IMG/VR virus record: IMGVR_UViG_3300037246_001819
Location: 1 to 51,289 of that record
Strand: one strand, 5' to 3'
DNA length: 51,289 nucleotides
Source of the DNA: a virus
Taxonomy: Duplodnaviria > Caudoviricetes
The position numbers were made by a program, and so were the translations under genes. Numbering within the stretch: position 1 is the stretch's first letter; each line of letters opens with the position of its first letter. Under the pieces are notes generated by a model. That model was given only the letters and a program-made list of their open reading frames with translations, was not told the DNA's origin and searched no databases. This document shows positions 34,369 through 44,188 of this stretch, in pieces.

Positions 34369-35472
34369 TCAAACGGTATCCATCGCGATGATCGGCTCGG
34401 CCGCGGCATCCGTGGTCACAGCTTGCGTGCCGAGGGGGGTTGCGTCGTCCTCCTCCGTGATCGTGAGCGTGCCCCCAGCCAGACTGAGCTTGTTCACGAG
34501 CTTGGCCATTGCCCCGAGCAGCGAACGGAACGACTTGGCATCGCCATTTGCGGAATCGCAGGCGTTCACGAAGCTACGCCGGATTATGTGGTCGGCGATC
34601 TTGTTCATCTGAGCCGCCGACAACACGACCCCATCTGTGCCGGTGTCCAGGACGATCGCATCCACTATGGCGTCGATGATGTCCTGTTTGGCTTCGGTGG
34701 CCAGTAGCCCGTGGGCCGTGTCCATCTCGGCCTTGGTCGCTGGGGCGAAACTTGCCAGAGAGGCGTCGGCTCCCACCTCGGCCGCCGCATCCAGGGCATC
34801 CGTTGCATCGCCACCCTCGATCAGAGTGGTGTCGGCCGCGACGTAGTTGCCCGTGCCGAGCGCAGCCTGAAGCCGGTCGGCTTCCGTTGACCCACCGCTG
34901 ATCTTGACCGCGTTGGCGTCAATCTGGCCGTTGGCTTCCTGGTTAATCTGGCCAGCGCCGGAGCCGCGCGTGTAAACACCACCAGCAGCTTCCGCAGCAA
35001 CCGCGGGCAGCGCTGTCCCCGTCAGCCCCCGAGTAGCCGAGTGGTTCGCACACGCCGTTTCGAGATTATTGGCTTCGGTCTCCTGAGCGTCGGCGCGCCC
35101 GATGGTCTTGATGTTCACATCCATGAAGCCGACGTCTTTGGCAACGTACAGGCTATCCCACGCCGCTTCGGAGAGCACCATATACTCCTGTTTCACGGGC
35201 AGGCAGTCGGAGTCATCCTGCACGATCACCACCAGCATCCCCTCAGTGTTGGTGTGCGCCGTAGTCAGTGTCAGCGAGTAGTAGCCCCGACAGTTGGTGA
35301 CAGCAGCCCAGGTAGCACCCGAGATGTCAACGACCGTAGTGGAGCCATGCTTCAGCAGTTCAGCTTCATTGCCCGCGAGTGCAATATCGGTCTGGGGGGT
35401 GAACCCATCTCCCACGTCCACGAATGGACCCACTGTCACAATCACCTGAGTGTTGGCGCGAAGGTGCTGCAT
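34369..35472 (-). CDS. Virion structural protein (fibre/collar-like)
   Basis: VGPFVD..DGFTP...GYYSLTLT motif; Ala/Thr/Asp-rich. Confidence 0.65.
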   Translation of the reverse strand: MQHLRANTQVIVTVGPFVDVGDGFTPQTDIALAGNEAELLKHGSTTVVDISGATWAAVTNCRGYYSLTLTTAHTNTEGMLVVIVQDDSDCLPVKQEYMVLSEAAWDSLYVAKDVGFMDVNIKTIGRADAQETEANNLETACANHSATRGLTGTALPAVAAEAAGGVYTRGSGAGQINQEANGQIDANAVKISGGSTEADRLQAALGTGNYVAADTTLIEGGDATDALDAAAEVGADASLASFAPATKAEMDTAHGLLATEAKQDIIDAIVDAIVLDTGTDGVVLSAAQMNKIADHIIRRSFVNACDSANGDAKSFRSLLGAMAKLVNKLSLAGGTLTITEEDDATPLGTQAVTTDAAAEPIIAMDTV

Positions 35473-36947
35473 CAGTTCACTCCCTGCAACTGCCGGTAGT
35501 GGTGCGCGGCAATCGGGATGCTGAGACCGCCCGCCGCCTCCGTGATACTGAGGTAGGGGCGGTAGGCTTGGGTTGCGTGTTCCTGCGTGGCAGGATTAGC
35601 ATACTCATTCCCACTTGGTACGTCTTCGGCAATATCCCTGGAACTCACAAGCGCGTATTGTGTCGTTCCATCTACTTCGATGTGCGCGGTATTCAGGTTG
35701 GGTGAACCATGAGACGTATTCAGAACTACATCGGCTGTGTTGCGCCAAGTCACGTCCTTGGCCGCTGCTAGGGCTGCGTCGTAGTTTGCCTCTCGGTTGC
35801 CCCCACCAATCGGTGAAGCCCAAGTGCACTTCATAATCTCGACATCAAACTCGGTATCGCTCGAATCAGATGTACAAGTCAAATACAAATTGGCTTGACT
35901 TACCGCTCCAGCAATGCCGGAGGTGTCGAATTCCAGAAATGTGCGGTAACAGTAATACAGAGGATCAACAAATCGCTGGCCTACAGTTGTATAGTCAACG
36001 CCTACATCGGCACCGAAGGACGTTGAACGAGCGGTAGCATAGTTAGCGTCCCGCCCGTAAATACGCCCGTCTGTCGTCTCGCCGTAGTAGGTATCGGGGT
36101 CAACCACCACCGGATAGACCGCAGTTTCAAGCCACGCCCACGGCACACGCACGGAGACGTATAGTGAGTTGCCCTGTTTCTTGAGTTCGATTGTGCCGGG
36201 TTGGTCTTCGCCGTCAGCATCCCTGGCACGCGGCACACCCCACCACCAATGAACCGTCTCACCATCGCGGAACTCGATCCGCTCGGCGGTCTCTACCCGC
36301 TCGTTGCGGTCCCAGAGTTCGCCGTCCACGTACAGGTCGAGGTCGCTCTCGAAGATGAACGACAGCGACACCGCCGGGTTCCCGCCGTCGAGGATGTACT
36401 GGGCCGGCGTGCCTAGTGCTGCCAGATTCGCGATCGTCAGTAGCTTGCGGAAGAAGTGCGTACTTGGGATGTATGCGAAGTCCAGGCCCGCTCCGTAACC
36501 GTCTGCCCAGTCGATGCGACCTTGCTGGCACAGTTCCGTCTCGCCGGAGTTGCTGACCACCCCGTCCACGGTCTCGGGCATACTGATCTGCTGGATCTGG
36601 TGGAGGTCATTGGTGAAGTTCAGCGCCATCGGCTGAAACGTCAGGTAGTGCCCGGCCTTTTCCAGCCGGAGGATTTGCCCGGCGTCGAGCCGCTGGAGCA
36701 CCCGAGCCTGATACTCCGCGTAGACCATCTGGTAATCCCATGGCACGGTGTCTGGCAGCCAGCGGCAGTCGATCTCTTCCCACGCTTCGCCGACCTGATA
36801 GTGCATTGGCCCCGAGATGATGTACTGGCGGCGGCCGTCTGGCAGGTCGAAGCACGCCCCGGACTTCCAGCGGCGCGCAGCATCCTCCACGGCCTCTGGA
36901 TGGAGGCCCGGCTTAGTGATCGGTCTACCGTTAGCGCGTTGTGCCAA
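35472..36947 (-). CDS. Virion protein with a C-terminal DNRLRE-like beta-sandwich
   Basis: YPVVVDP followed by RTFLEFDTS.I...VSQANLYL...RPYLSI. Confidence 0.6.
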   Translation of the reverse strand: MAQRANGRPITKPGLHPEAVEDAARRWKSGACFDLPDGRRQYIISGPMHYQVGEAWEEIDCRWLPDTVPWDYQMVYAEYQARVLQRLDAGQILRLEKAGHYLTFQPMALNFTNDLHQIQQISMPETVDGVVSNSGETELCQQGRIDWADGYGAGLDFAYIPSTHFFRKLLTIANLAALGTPAQYILDGGNPAVSLSFIFESDLDLYVDGELWDRNERVETAERIEFRDGETVHWWWGVPRARDADGEDQPGTIELKKQGNSLYVSVRVPWAWLETAVYPVVVDPDTYYGETTDGRIYGRDANYATARSTSFGADVGVDYTTVGQRFVDPLYYCYRTFLEFDTSGIAGAVSQANLYLTCTSDSSDTEFDVEIMKCTWASPIGGGNREANYDAALAAAKDVTWRNTADVVLNTSHGSPNLNTAHIEVDGTTQYALVSSRDIAEDVPSGNEYANPATQEHATQAYRPYLSITEAAGGLSIPIAAHHYRQLQGVN

Positions 36948-36965
36948 TCGTTTGTTCTCCTCGAC

Positions 36966-37418
36966 TCACAGACCGCCAGCAACCAACCGATTCTCAACCT
37001 GATCCAACCAGCCGCCGAGCGTGAAGTACACCAACTCTCCATCTTCGTAAGCAAGAGGCAGATCCGCAGCCAGACCACTTCCGCTACCACCAACCGTAAC
37101 CCCGGTTAGCGCCAGGAGATCCCAAAAGCCCGGATCGCCAGCTCCCCCTTCCAGCACGATGTAGCCCGTATCCACGCCACCGAGCGACCACAAGAGCCTC
37201 TTCAACTCCTCCATCATCGTCAGGAATTCTTGCTCGGTGGTCTCGCCGCTTTCGGTCCCCATGACGAGCGCGCCACTTTCCATCAGGACACGACCGCCGC
37301 CGCCGGCCCCGCTGGTGAGCATCACATCAAGAGCTTCGAGCGCATCCAGCCGCATCGCGATCGACTGCAACGCCCGTCGGACTTCGATCAGGCTTTTCTC
37401 GCTCGGGCGCGTGCTCAT
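36966..37418 (-). CDS. Hypothetical virion protein
   Basis: ATGA coupling to the nozzle gene; 150 aa. Confidence 0.65.
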   Translation of the reverse strand: MSTRPSEKSLIEVRRALQSIAMRLDALEALDVMLTSGAGGGGRVLMESGALVMGTESGETTEQEFLTMMEELKRLLWSLGGVDTGYIVLEGGAGDPGFWDLLALTGVTVGGSGSGLAADLPLAYEDGELVYFTLGGWLDQVENRLVAGGL

Positions 37419-40150
37419 AGCAGCCGGTGCCTCCCAGCGTCCCGTAGTACCGCAGAAATTGTCTCGATCGCCCAACGGCTGTTGCCAGCGACGCTGATCC
37501 TCAGAACCGCGCTGTGTGCTCGCCGCCGCGTAAGCTGGACCTTGTTGGCGCCAGCGTGAAGCGCGCCGCTTTCTACCGGCGTCGTTGAAGCGAGCGCCGC
37601 TTCGGCCGAGTCGCCAGTGTAGAGCAGCCACGCCACACTATCAGATTCATCCCCGAGCGCGACGACAAGCTCGGTTATCAGCCCGGCCAACAGATTATTC
37701 GACCCCAACCGGAACGGCCCGTACTTCACGTACGAGAAGATCCCCTCATCATCGTCGGTCTGATAAACCATGCCCGTCTTGTAGACGTGGCCGCCTCGGC
37801 CACCGATCAACAGCCCGGCGCGCGAGGTCCCCGGCAGGAAGCCGGAGTGGGAATACATGACGACTCGATCGTTCGCCAGCGGCGAGCTGTCCGGCCAGAA
37901 CGAACCCGCCTTGGGATCAAACCAGTAGGACTTTGCCGTAGTCCCGTCGTATTGCTTGGGAGTGAAATTGATGAGCACGCCGCGCTCACTCGGCTCGTAC
38001 GCCAAGCAAATCCGCTGCTCGTGCCAATCGAGTTGGAGCAGTTCCTTTGGGATCCTGTCGCGCGAAAGCGGGATCGGGTAGACGTTGGCGCCCGGCGGCA
38101 GGCGATACAATCCGTCCGCGGCCAGGAAGATCAAGTCGCCTTCTGGCAACCAGCACCAAGCGTGCGGCCCGACGATCCCAACATTCTGGCTCAGGTTGTC
38201 TAGCGTACCGCCAAGGCCAGGATCGCCGCGCATGATCCAGAGCGCACCCAGCGTTCCGATGACGAGGTAATCATCCGAGAACGGCGCCGCCGAAGTGATC
38301 TCACGACCGTACAGGCCCAGCAGGGAGCCAGCGATCGCCGCGCCCGAGTCGGTCTGGCCGTAATCCCAGTCGTCGGGATCACCGTGTCTGCACAAGTAGT
38401 AGGCGAACGGCAGGCGCGGATCACCGGCCAGGAAGATTCGTTCGCCGAACTTGGCCCCAACCCGACAGCCGAGCGGAAAATAACGCGGCATATCACCCGC
38501 TTGGCTGCCGGAGAGGTTATCGACGGTCATCCAACTCGACAGCATGTGCACCCCGTCCTCGTCTGAGTAGGTGATGACCTTCGGCGAACGGTTCATGTAA
38601 AACTTAGCGTCCTGCGGTTCTGTATTTTGGCTAAAGCCTGTCGGATGCTTGAACACCAGTCCATCGGTGTCGCTGCCGTAGTAACCGATGTCGTAAATCT
38701 GGTAAGTGCCGGGATAGTCAGCCGCATAGATCAGGAGCGCACAGTTGCTGTAATCTTGGATCGAACCCTGAGTCAGAAAGATCGACGTCCAGTCGAAGAA
38801 GTTCTCCCCGTCCGGTTTCCACTTGAGATAGCCAAAGCCATCCCCGCCGAGGTATTTCCAGTAAACGTCGACGTTACCGGGCGTTTCTTCCTCGGCCTTG
38901 GTTGGGCCGCCCTGGTCGAGGATGTACGTCTTCTTGTAAAACGGGATCGCTTGCAGGAAGTCGCTGGACCCAAGCAAGATGCTGGTGTTGATGCTAGAGG
39001 GGGGCGGGACCGGATTTGCAGAATGGCTCAACGTCTCGTAATACGCTCTACCCTGGGCAACGACAATCGCCGCTTCCCGCCAGGTTCGTTCCTCGGTCGT
39101 ACGGTAGTATGCCAGGCGGAACACCTTGACCTTGCCGGTCGTGCCGATTTCGTTGTTCTCGATCTGGAAGCCGAAACGTCGCACTGGGGTTTCGCTCGGG
39201 GCCGGCACGGCCGAAGTCCCGGAGTAGAGGACCACCCCACGGAAGATGACTTGGATGCGGCCGTTGAACCGGTGACGCACCATCAGCCAGCCCGCATCGA
39301 CGTGCGAGAACGTCTTCTGCGCGAACGTGATCGTGGCGCCCTCTTGGGCACCCCCGGTGAACTTCTTGAACGTACCGTTCACGACGCCATCGGACCCGTT
39401 GGCGACGATCTCCACCTCGAACGAAGCGTAGTCCTTGTCGGGATCGTTGTCGTCCAGATAGCAGTACAGCCGGTACTTGCCACTGTACTTGCCATTGTCG
39501 GGCACGATCAGCATCTCAACCACGAGCTCGTGCCAGCTAGCCCAAGGAGCAACGCCCTTGGCCATGTCGAGCGGTTGGTGGACCGCCGTGACCGTCACGC
39601 CATAGGGACAGGTCGCCATCCCGTCGGTCACGGTCGGCAGCGTGGTCCCGACCTTCGTCGGCGCCTCCCACCGGGCGCTCAGGCCGTGCTGGAAGTCATC
39701 TTCAAGCACTGCCGCGCCGTCGGCCACCACGTAGGGCAGCGACGTGATGCACTGGATCATCGCGCGCGCGAGCAAGACCGCGACATTGCCGGACTCTGTG
39801 AACGGCTCAGTCACAGTACAGTTCACGGCGCTGATAACGAACTCGATGGTCCTAGACGTGGCTCCGATCGTAATGGTGTCGCCAACCATGTAATCGGCGA
39901 ACACCGGATCGTTGACTTTGACGTCTCGCGTCGTGTCATGGTCCCCGTTCAGGGTGCTGTCCCAGATGAAGTCCCTGATGAAGTGCCGGGTTACGCCAGG
40001 TCGGGAGCCGCCGCGTTCGCGCTGGTCGAACACGTCACGCGGGCGCACGTTCTGGGCATCGGGCGTGGTGTACGGAGGTTGGCGCTGAAGCGCCGCGCCC
40101 CGGTGCAGGCCCGCGAGCGGATAGACCAGATCAATTGCCCGCGTTGGCAT
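37415..40150 (-). CDS. Tail nozzle/DNA stabilisation-like protein (beta-propeller type)
   Basis: 911 aa; N-terminal AQNVRP..RGGSRPG; RIFLAG..GDPDDWD; FLAADGLY; position typical of P22 gp10/T7 gp12 equivalents. Confidence 0.7.
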   Translation of the reverse strand: MPTRAIDLVYPLAGLHRGAALQRQPPYTTPDAQNVRPRDVFDQRERGGSRPGVTRHFIRDFIWDSTLNGDHDTTRDVKVNDPVFADYMVGDTITIGATSRTIEFVISAVNCTVTEPFTESGNVAVLLARAMIQCITSLPYVVADGAAVLEDDFQHGLSARWEAPTKVGTTLPTVTDGMATCPYGVTVTAVHQPLDMAKGVAPWASWHELVVEMLIVPDNGKYSGKYRLYCYLDDNDPDKDYASFEVEIVANGSDGVVNGTFKKFTGGAQEGATITFAQKTFSHVDAGWLMVRHRFNGRIQVIFRGVVLYSGTSAVPAPSETPVRRFGFQIENNEIGTTGKVKVFRLAYYRTTEERTWREAAIVVAQGRAYYETLSHSANPVPPPSSINTSILLGSSDFLQAIPFYKKTYILDQGGPTKAEEETPGNVDVYWKYLGGDGFGYLKWKPDGENFFDWTSIFLTQGSIQDYSNCALLIYAADYPGTYQIYDIGYYGSDTDGLVFKHPTGFSQNTEPQDAKFYMNRSPKVITYSDEDGVHMLSSWMTVDNLSGSQAGDMPRYFPLGCRVGAKFGERIFLAGDPRLPFAYYLCRHGDPDDWDYGQTDSGAAIAGSLLGLYGREITSAAPFSDDYLVIGTLGALWIMRGDPGLGGTLDNLSQNVGIVGPHAWCWLPEGDLIFLAADGLYRLPPGANVYPIPLSRDRIPKELLQLDWHEQRICLAYEPSERGVLINFTPKQYDGTTAKSYWFDPKAGSFWPDSSPLANDRVVMYSHSGFLPGTSRAGLLIGGRGGHVYKTGMVYQTDDDEGIFSYVKYGPFRLGSNNLLAGLITELVVALGDESDSVAWLLYTGDSAEAALASTTPVESGALHAGANKVQLTRRRAHSAVLRISVAGNSRWAIETISAVLRDAGRHRLL

Positions 40151-40162
40151 CTCATCACACCA

Positions 40163-40507
40163 CTAGGACGGATTCTCCTGAATGCGCCAGCGCAGATTCG
40201 CCCCGACGTACACGGAGAACAGGAATAGCGTCTCCCCATCGGCATCGAACAGCGCCTTATCGTCGCCGGCCTGGTTGAAGCCCGTCGCGCACGTCACCTC
40301 AATGCTGGTCGTCACGGTCTTGGCGTTGAGGATCAACTGCTGGCCGGCCCGGGCTGGGGCTGCCAGCGTCCGCGTCTCGGCCCCAGCGCTAACCATCACG
40401 CACAGGCCCGATTGCGTGACCGGGATCGCCCCGGCATCGCGCGGGTCCGTAATCCGCTCGGTATCCCACGCCTCGGTCATCTCGTGTAAGTGGTTGTGAA
40501 CACCCAT
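40163..40507 (-). CDS. Small virion/decoration protein
   Basis: GGAGA RBS; ETRTLAAP..GQQL. Confidence 0.7.
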   Translation of the reverse strand: MGVHNHLHEMTEAWDTERITDPRDAGAIPVTQSGLCVMVSAGAETRTLAAPARAGQQLILNAKTVTTSIEVTCATGFNQAGDDKALFDADGETLFLFSVYVGANLRWRIQENPS

Positions 40508-40522
40508 TGTTCGTCTCCAAGG

Positions 40523-40594
40523 TTTCGCCAATTGGCGAAAGTCGTAACTCTTGACCCGACAATTACTTACGGGCCTTTTCGCCAGTCGGCGAAA
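40523..40594. promoter_or_regulatory. Palindrome copy 8 (40523-40540), GTAA-N19-TTAC element and a degenerate copy (40577-40594)
   Basis: Exact palindrome before the RBS; TTTCGCCAGTCGGCGAAA on the far side. Confidence 0.88.
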
Positions 40595-40600
40595 CTGATC

Positions 40601-41986
40601 TCAGGCACTCCATGCCCGATAACTCTGCCGCTCCAGCCAAGCCAAAGTCTTGACCATGTCCGCCTTCGTGTGGCGGGCCTGGTACACCAAAAGGTCGCGA
40701 ATCCATCCATCCCAGGCGGCTGTCTTGCCCACGTCTGCGCCGAACGTGAGCGGCCCGTGCGATGGCGGCGTAACGGTCGCATCCAGCGAAGTGTCGATCG
40801 TGCCCGCGACGATGTCCCTCACCAGGAACTGGGCATCATTTGTATCAACCGCGAACGCGAAGGCGTACGCCTGGTGCCGCTTGACCGCAACCGCGCTATT
40901 GCAAATGCCTTCACTTCCGGCACTTACGGCCACGCCCGCCCGGAGAATGTTGCTACTGCCAACGTGCATGACGTATGCACCTTTCCCGGCAGCACGCGCA
41001 TCGAAGACGTGGTGGTCGTTGTCCTCGTCGGCCCCTTCCCAGCTAGGTGTAATTAGCCCGTAGACCGTAATCGCGCCGGTGCCGAAGTCGGTCGCACTGT
41101 TGTACACGAGGTCGTCAATCACACGCTCGACCGCCGCCGCCACTGTGGGGATGTACGTCGAAGCGAAACTGCCAGCCTCAAACTGCGCCCCCCAGAAGCT
41201 CGCGCTACCGCTCGTCGGCGGGCCGGTTGTTCCGGCCGGGTAAATCCGCATCCGGTGCGTGTTGGCGCCAATGACCGTGTTCACCGGGATCACGCCGACC
41301 AGCCGATACCAACCGCTGCCGCAGTCAACAACGTAGCCCGTGCCGACCGTCTCCGTATCGACGGCGATGACGCCTGCCGTTACAGAAAACGTCACATCCA
41401 GCCGATCCGCCACAGCCCCTTCGTCCGAGACTACCAACGCGATCTCGGTCCCGGTCCCCGCCTTGGCGAACACACTGAACGCATACATGAGGTTGTCTGT
41501 AAGCGTGCTCGCTTGATAGAGGTAGCTATTGGCCGTTACGATCGTCAGCGTATCAGCAGTTGTGGTCCCATCCGGCGCGAGCAGGGCGTTGACCGATGGA
41601 GTTAGATTCGCGTCCAGGCGGTCCCAGTCGTTGGCGTGCGTCAGCTCGGCGCTGTACGTCAGCAGATTGGTCCGCGTTTCCTCGAACAGTCCGCCTCGAT
41701 ATGGCGTGGCCTCCGTAGGCCCTCCGCAACGTACGGTGTTCAGAGTCGCGGATTTCCAGCCACCGCCGTCGATGTAGGTGCCATCTTTGTCGATTACCAG
41801 CGCGGTCGGCGTCTTGGTGCCCCCTGCGATCAGCTTTCCGCCTAGCGACCAGGGCCCAGCCCACATCTTCGGAAGCCCTACCGGCGGCGTGATGCGTGGA
41901 TGGAAAAACGGGGCGCACCAGACAGGATGTCCGTGCGGTCGCCGAACCATTGGCACACGATACAGGCTGGTTGACTCGATTCCCAC
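40601..41986 (-). CDS. Head/tail fibre protein with carbohydrate-binding and ConA/LamG-like regions
   Basis: LFEETRTNLL.YS, WGAQFEAGSFASTYIPT, WDGWIRDLLVY. Confidence 0.75.
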   Translation of the reverse strand: MGIESTSLYRVPMVRRPHGHPVWCAPFFHPRITPPVGLPKMWAGPWSLGGKLIAGGTKTPTALVIDKDGTYIDGGGWKSATLNTVRCGGPTEATPYRGGLFEETRTNLLTYSAELTHANDWDRLDANLTPSVNALLAPDGTTTADTLTIVTANSYLYQASTLTDNLMYAFSVFAKAGTGTEIALVVSDEGAVADRLDVTFSVTAGVIAVDTETVGTGYVVDCGSGWYRLVGVIPVNTVIGANTHRMRIYPAGTTGPPTSGSASFWGAQFEAGSFASTYIPTVAAAVERVIDDLVYNSATDFGTGAITVYGLITPSWEGADEDNDHHVFDARAAGKGAYVMHVGSSNILRAGVAVSAGSEGICNSAVAVKRHQAYAFAFAVDTNDAQFLVRDIVAGTIDTSLDATVTPPSHGPLTFGADVGKTAAWDGWIRDLLVYQARHTKADMVKTLAWLERQSYRAWSA

Positions 41987-42001
41987 AAGCGCCTCGTGCT
42001 C

Positions 42002-42340
42002 TTAGTAATCACCGTGGTACGGCGGGCCCGCGACAATCTGGAAGGCCACGTCAGCGCTCGCCGTCTTGTACGAGATCGTCCTGAGCCCTGGCGGAAGCGG
42101 GATCGCAACACCATCCGGCAGCATCAGCTTGTTCACGCCAGCCGCCGCAGTCGCCACCACGGCGCCCGACTCGAACGCGAAGTAGATCGCCTCGGGTGTC
42201 GGAGTCCCCGCGGCGCCAACAACGCCAAGATGCAGCAGCGAATACGGGCGCCCAGGAGTGACGGTTAGGCTGGCCTCCACGGTCGTCGCAACCAGAAGTT
42301 GCGCGATCTGTTTGAGATCGGATTCGTCACCGAATGCCAT
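42002..42340 (-). CDS. Hypothetical virion protein
   Basis: AGGAG RBS; beta-rich, 112 aa. Confidence 0.7.
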   Translation of the reverse strand: MAFGDESDLKQIAQLLVATTVEASLTVTPGRPYSLLHLGVVGAAGTPTPEAIYFAFESGAVVATAAAGVNKLMLPDGVAIPLPPGLRTISYKTASADVAFQIVAGPPYHGDY

Positions 42341-42351
42341 TGTTCATACTC

Positions 42352-43347
42352 CTATCGCAGCACGCCCCCAACGGTCACGTAAATGTCCCCGGCGTGCGAC
42401 ATGCCGGAATGAACTCCCCGGCCGCCCGGTACGCCGAACGATTCGGCCGCATGAGCCTCCCGATCAAACAGGATCGCGGGCGCGAGGTGAGTCATAAATG
42501 CCTGATACTCCGGTCCCCGGCCATCTTGCGTGCGTTCCTCGGCCACGGCTAGGCACGCCTGCAAGATCAGTTCGGAGTGGTCGGCCGCCCCCGGGAAGAC
42601 TTTGTTCGTGGTGTCGTCAAACTCGCTCAGCCGCACGCTGTAGCGATAGGTGAGCGGGTAGTTCGTGTCCGGCGCCGGGTACACCAGCAGGTCGAATTCC
42701 TGCGTCGCGATCTGCGACGGCGTAAGCGGCCGGATCGCCGCGAGTGACGTGACCCCGGTTCCGGTACTCCAGCGGCGCAGCCGGCGAATCTCGGTTTCGC
42801 TCCTGATGTTGACCGGCGGATAGCCACTTTCGGCCGCGTGTGTCATCGGGCCGACCATGGCGCCGAACGCCGCTGGCAGCCGGTAGGCTCCGTCTTGCGT
42901 GACGCTGCACTCGGCCTCGTCCACCTCTCCGCTGGCATCTCCAGTGACAACGCAAACGGTCGTGCTGGTCACGGCCGTAATCGTGTATTCGTTCGACCCG
43001 ATGGTCAGTATCACGCCTCCTTCGTCGACCATGTTGTCGTAGAACATCGCGTCATCGACGGTGACGGTAGACAAGTTGGTAGGTATATCGTGGACGGGCG
43101 CGCCGTCAAGCGTGCTCGAGACCGAAGGCCAGATGTTGATCGTGGCGATCGGTTTGAGGAAGGACCATTCATGCACCCGCCGCATCCCTTGCAGGAGCGG
43201 CGGGCGCACGAACAGGTTGTACCCGGAATTGATGATGCTCGTCAGGAGCGTCTTCTCGTTGGCACTCGGCAACGACGCATACGCCGTGTAGCCCAAGCCC
43301 AGCTTGTAGGCGACCCGCTGAACGACATCACCAAATCCGTATTCCAC
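42352..43347 (-). CDS. Head-tail adaptor (tail tubular A-like)
   Basis: Helical N-terminus with HEWSFL, YRLP..F, LVYPAPD..Y; downstream of the capsid genes. Confidence 0.75.
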   Translation of the reverse strand: MEYGFGDVVQRVAYKLGLGYTAYASLPSANEKTLLTSIINSGYNLFVRPPLLQGMRRVHEWSFLKPIATINIWPSVSSTLDGAPVHDIPTNLSTVTVDDAMFYDNMVDEGGVILTIGSNEYTITAVTSTTVCVVTGDASGEVDEAECSVTQDGAYRLPAAFGAMVGPMTHAAESGYPPVNIRSETEIRRLRRWSTGTGVTSLAAIRPLTPSQIATQEFDLLVYPAPDTNYPLTYRYSVRLSEFDDTTNKVFPGAADHSELILQACLAVAEERTQDGRGPEYQAFMTHLAPAILFDREAHAAESFGVPGGRGVHSGMSHAGDIYVTVGGVLR

Positions 43348-43356
43348 GCCGGGCTC

Positions 43357-44184
43357 CTAGAGTGCAGCCGCCAGTCTCCACCAGTCGATGTATACCGTGT
43401 TGGCGGCGCCCTCGGCGTTGTTCATGCCAAACATCGGAGCCATCAGTTGCTCGTCAGGGAAATTGGTGTCACCCGGCACGGCAGAATCGGCCAGGACCAC
43501 GCCATCGGCGTAGAAGTACACGGTCGTCCCGTCGAAGTACATGCCGACCTTCTTCCAGGTCAGCGCAACAAGCGTGATCGCGTCAGTCGCGACTTCGACT
43601 ACCGCGCCGCCATTGAGGCTGTGAACGGTGCTCAGCTTGTCACCGTCAGCTTCGTCGCGCCAGAACCCGATGAAGTCCTTGTCGGCGCAAACGCCCGCAT
43701 CGTCGAGCACGCCGTCGCTAATGGCCGTCCCGGCCTCCATCAGGCCACAGAACGCGCCGCATTGCGTATTGGTAATCACGTCGACCGCGATGCGGGCCTC
43801 AAACCACCAGGGCTTCAGGTAAGTCGCCTGGCCGGCGGCGATGACACCGACGTTGCCGCCCATGAAAACCTGGTCGTCGTCGTCGGTGTCCGTCACCAGA
43901 AGCAGGACGCCGACCTGCGGACCAGATCCGGCAGGAAGCAGGGCGGCTCCCGAGCCATCCGCGATGGCACAGCCGGTGTCGACGAAAGTCTGGTAGTTCT
44001 GCATCGTCACTTCGGCCGCAACTGCGCCGGGGCAGACGATGAAGTCATCGAAGAAGGTCACGCCGAGTTCGGGATCGCGGACCATCTCATCCCATGGGCA
44101 GTTCTCCCAAATGGCCGGAGACGGTCCGCGTCCAGCGGTCGTTCCATATGCCCGCTTAGAACGCATCATTATGCACACCTCCAT
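43357..44184 (-). CDS. Capsid decoration/minor structural protein, paralog 2
   Basis: Highly similar over its full length to 44189..45010. Confidence 0.75.
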   Translation of the reverse strand: MEVCIMMRSKRAYGTTAGRGPSPAIWENCPWDEMVRDPELGVTFFDDFIVCPGAVAAEVTMQNYQTFVDTGCAIADGSGAALLPAGSGPQVGVLLLVTDTDDDDQVFMGGNVGVIAAGQATYLKPWWFEARIAVDVITNTQCGAFCGLMEAGTAISDGVLDDAGVCADKDFIGFWRDEADGDKLSTVHSLNGGAVVEVATDAITLVALTWKKVGMYFDGTTVYFYADGVVLADSAVPGDTNFPDEQLMAPMFGMNNAEGAANTVYIDWWRLAAAL

Positions 44185-44188
44185 GCGG

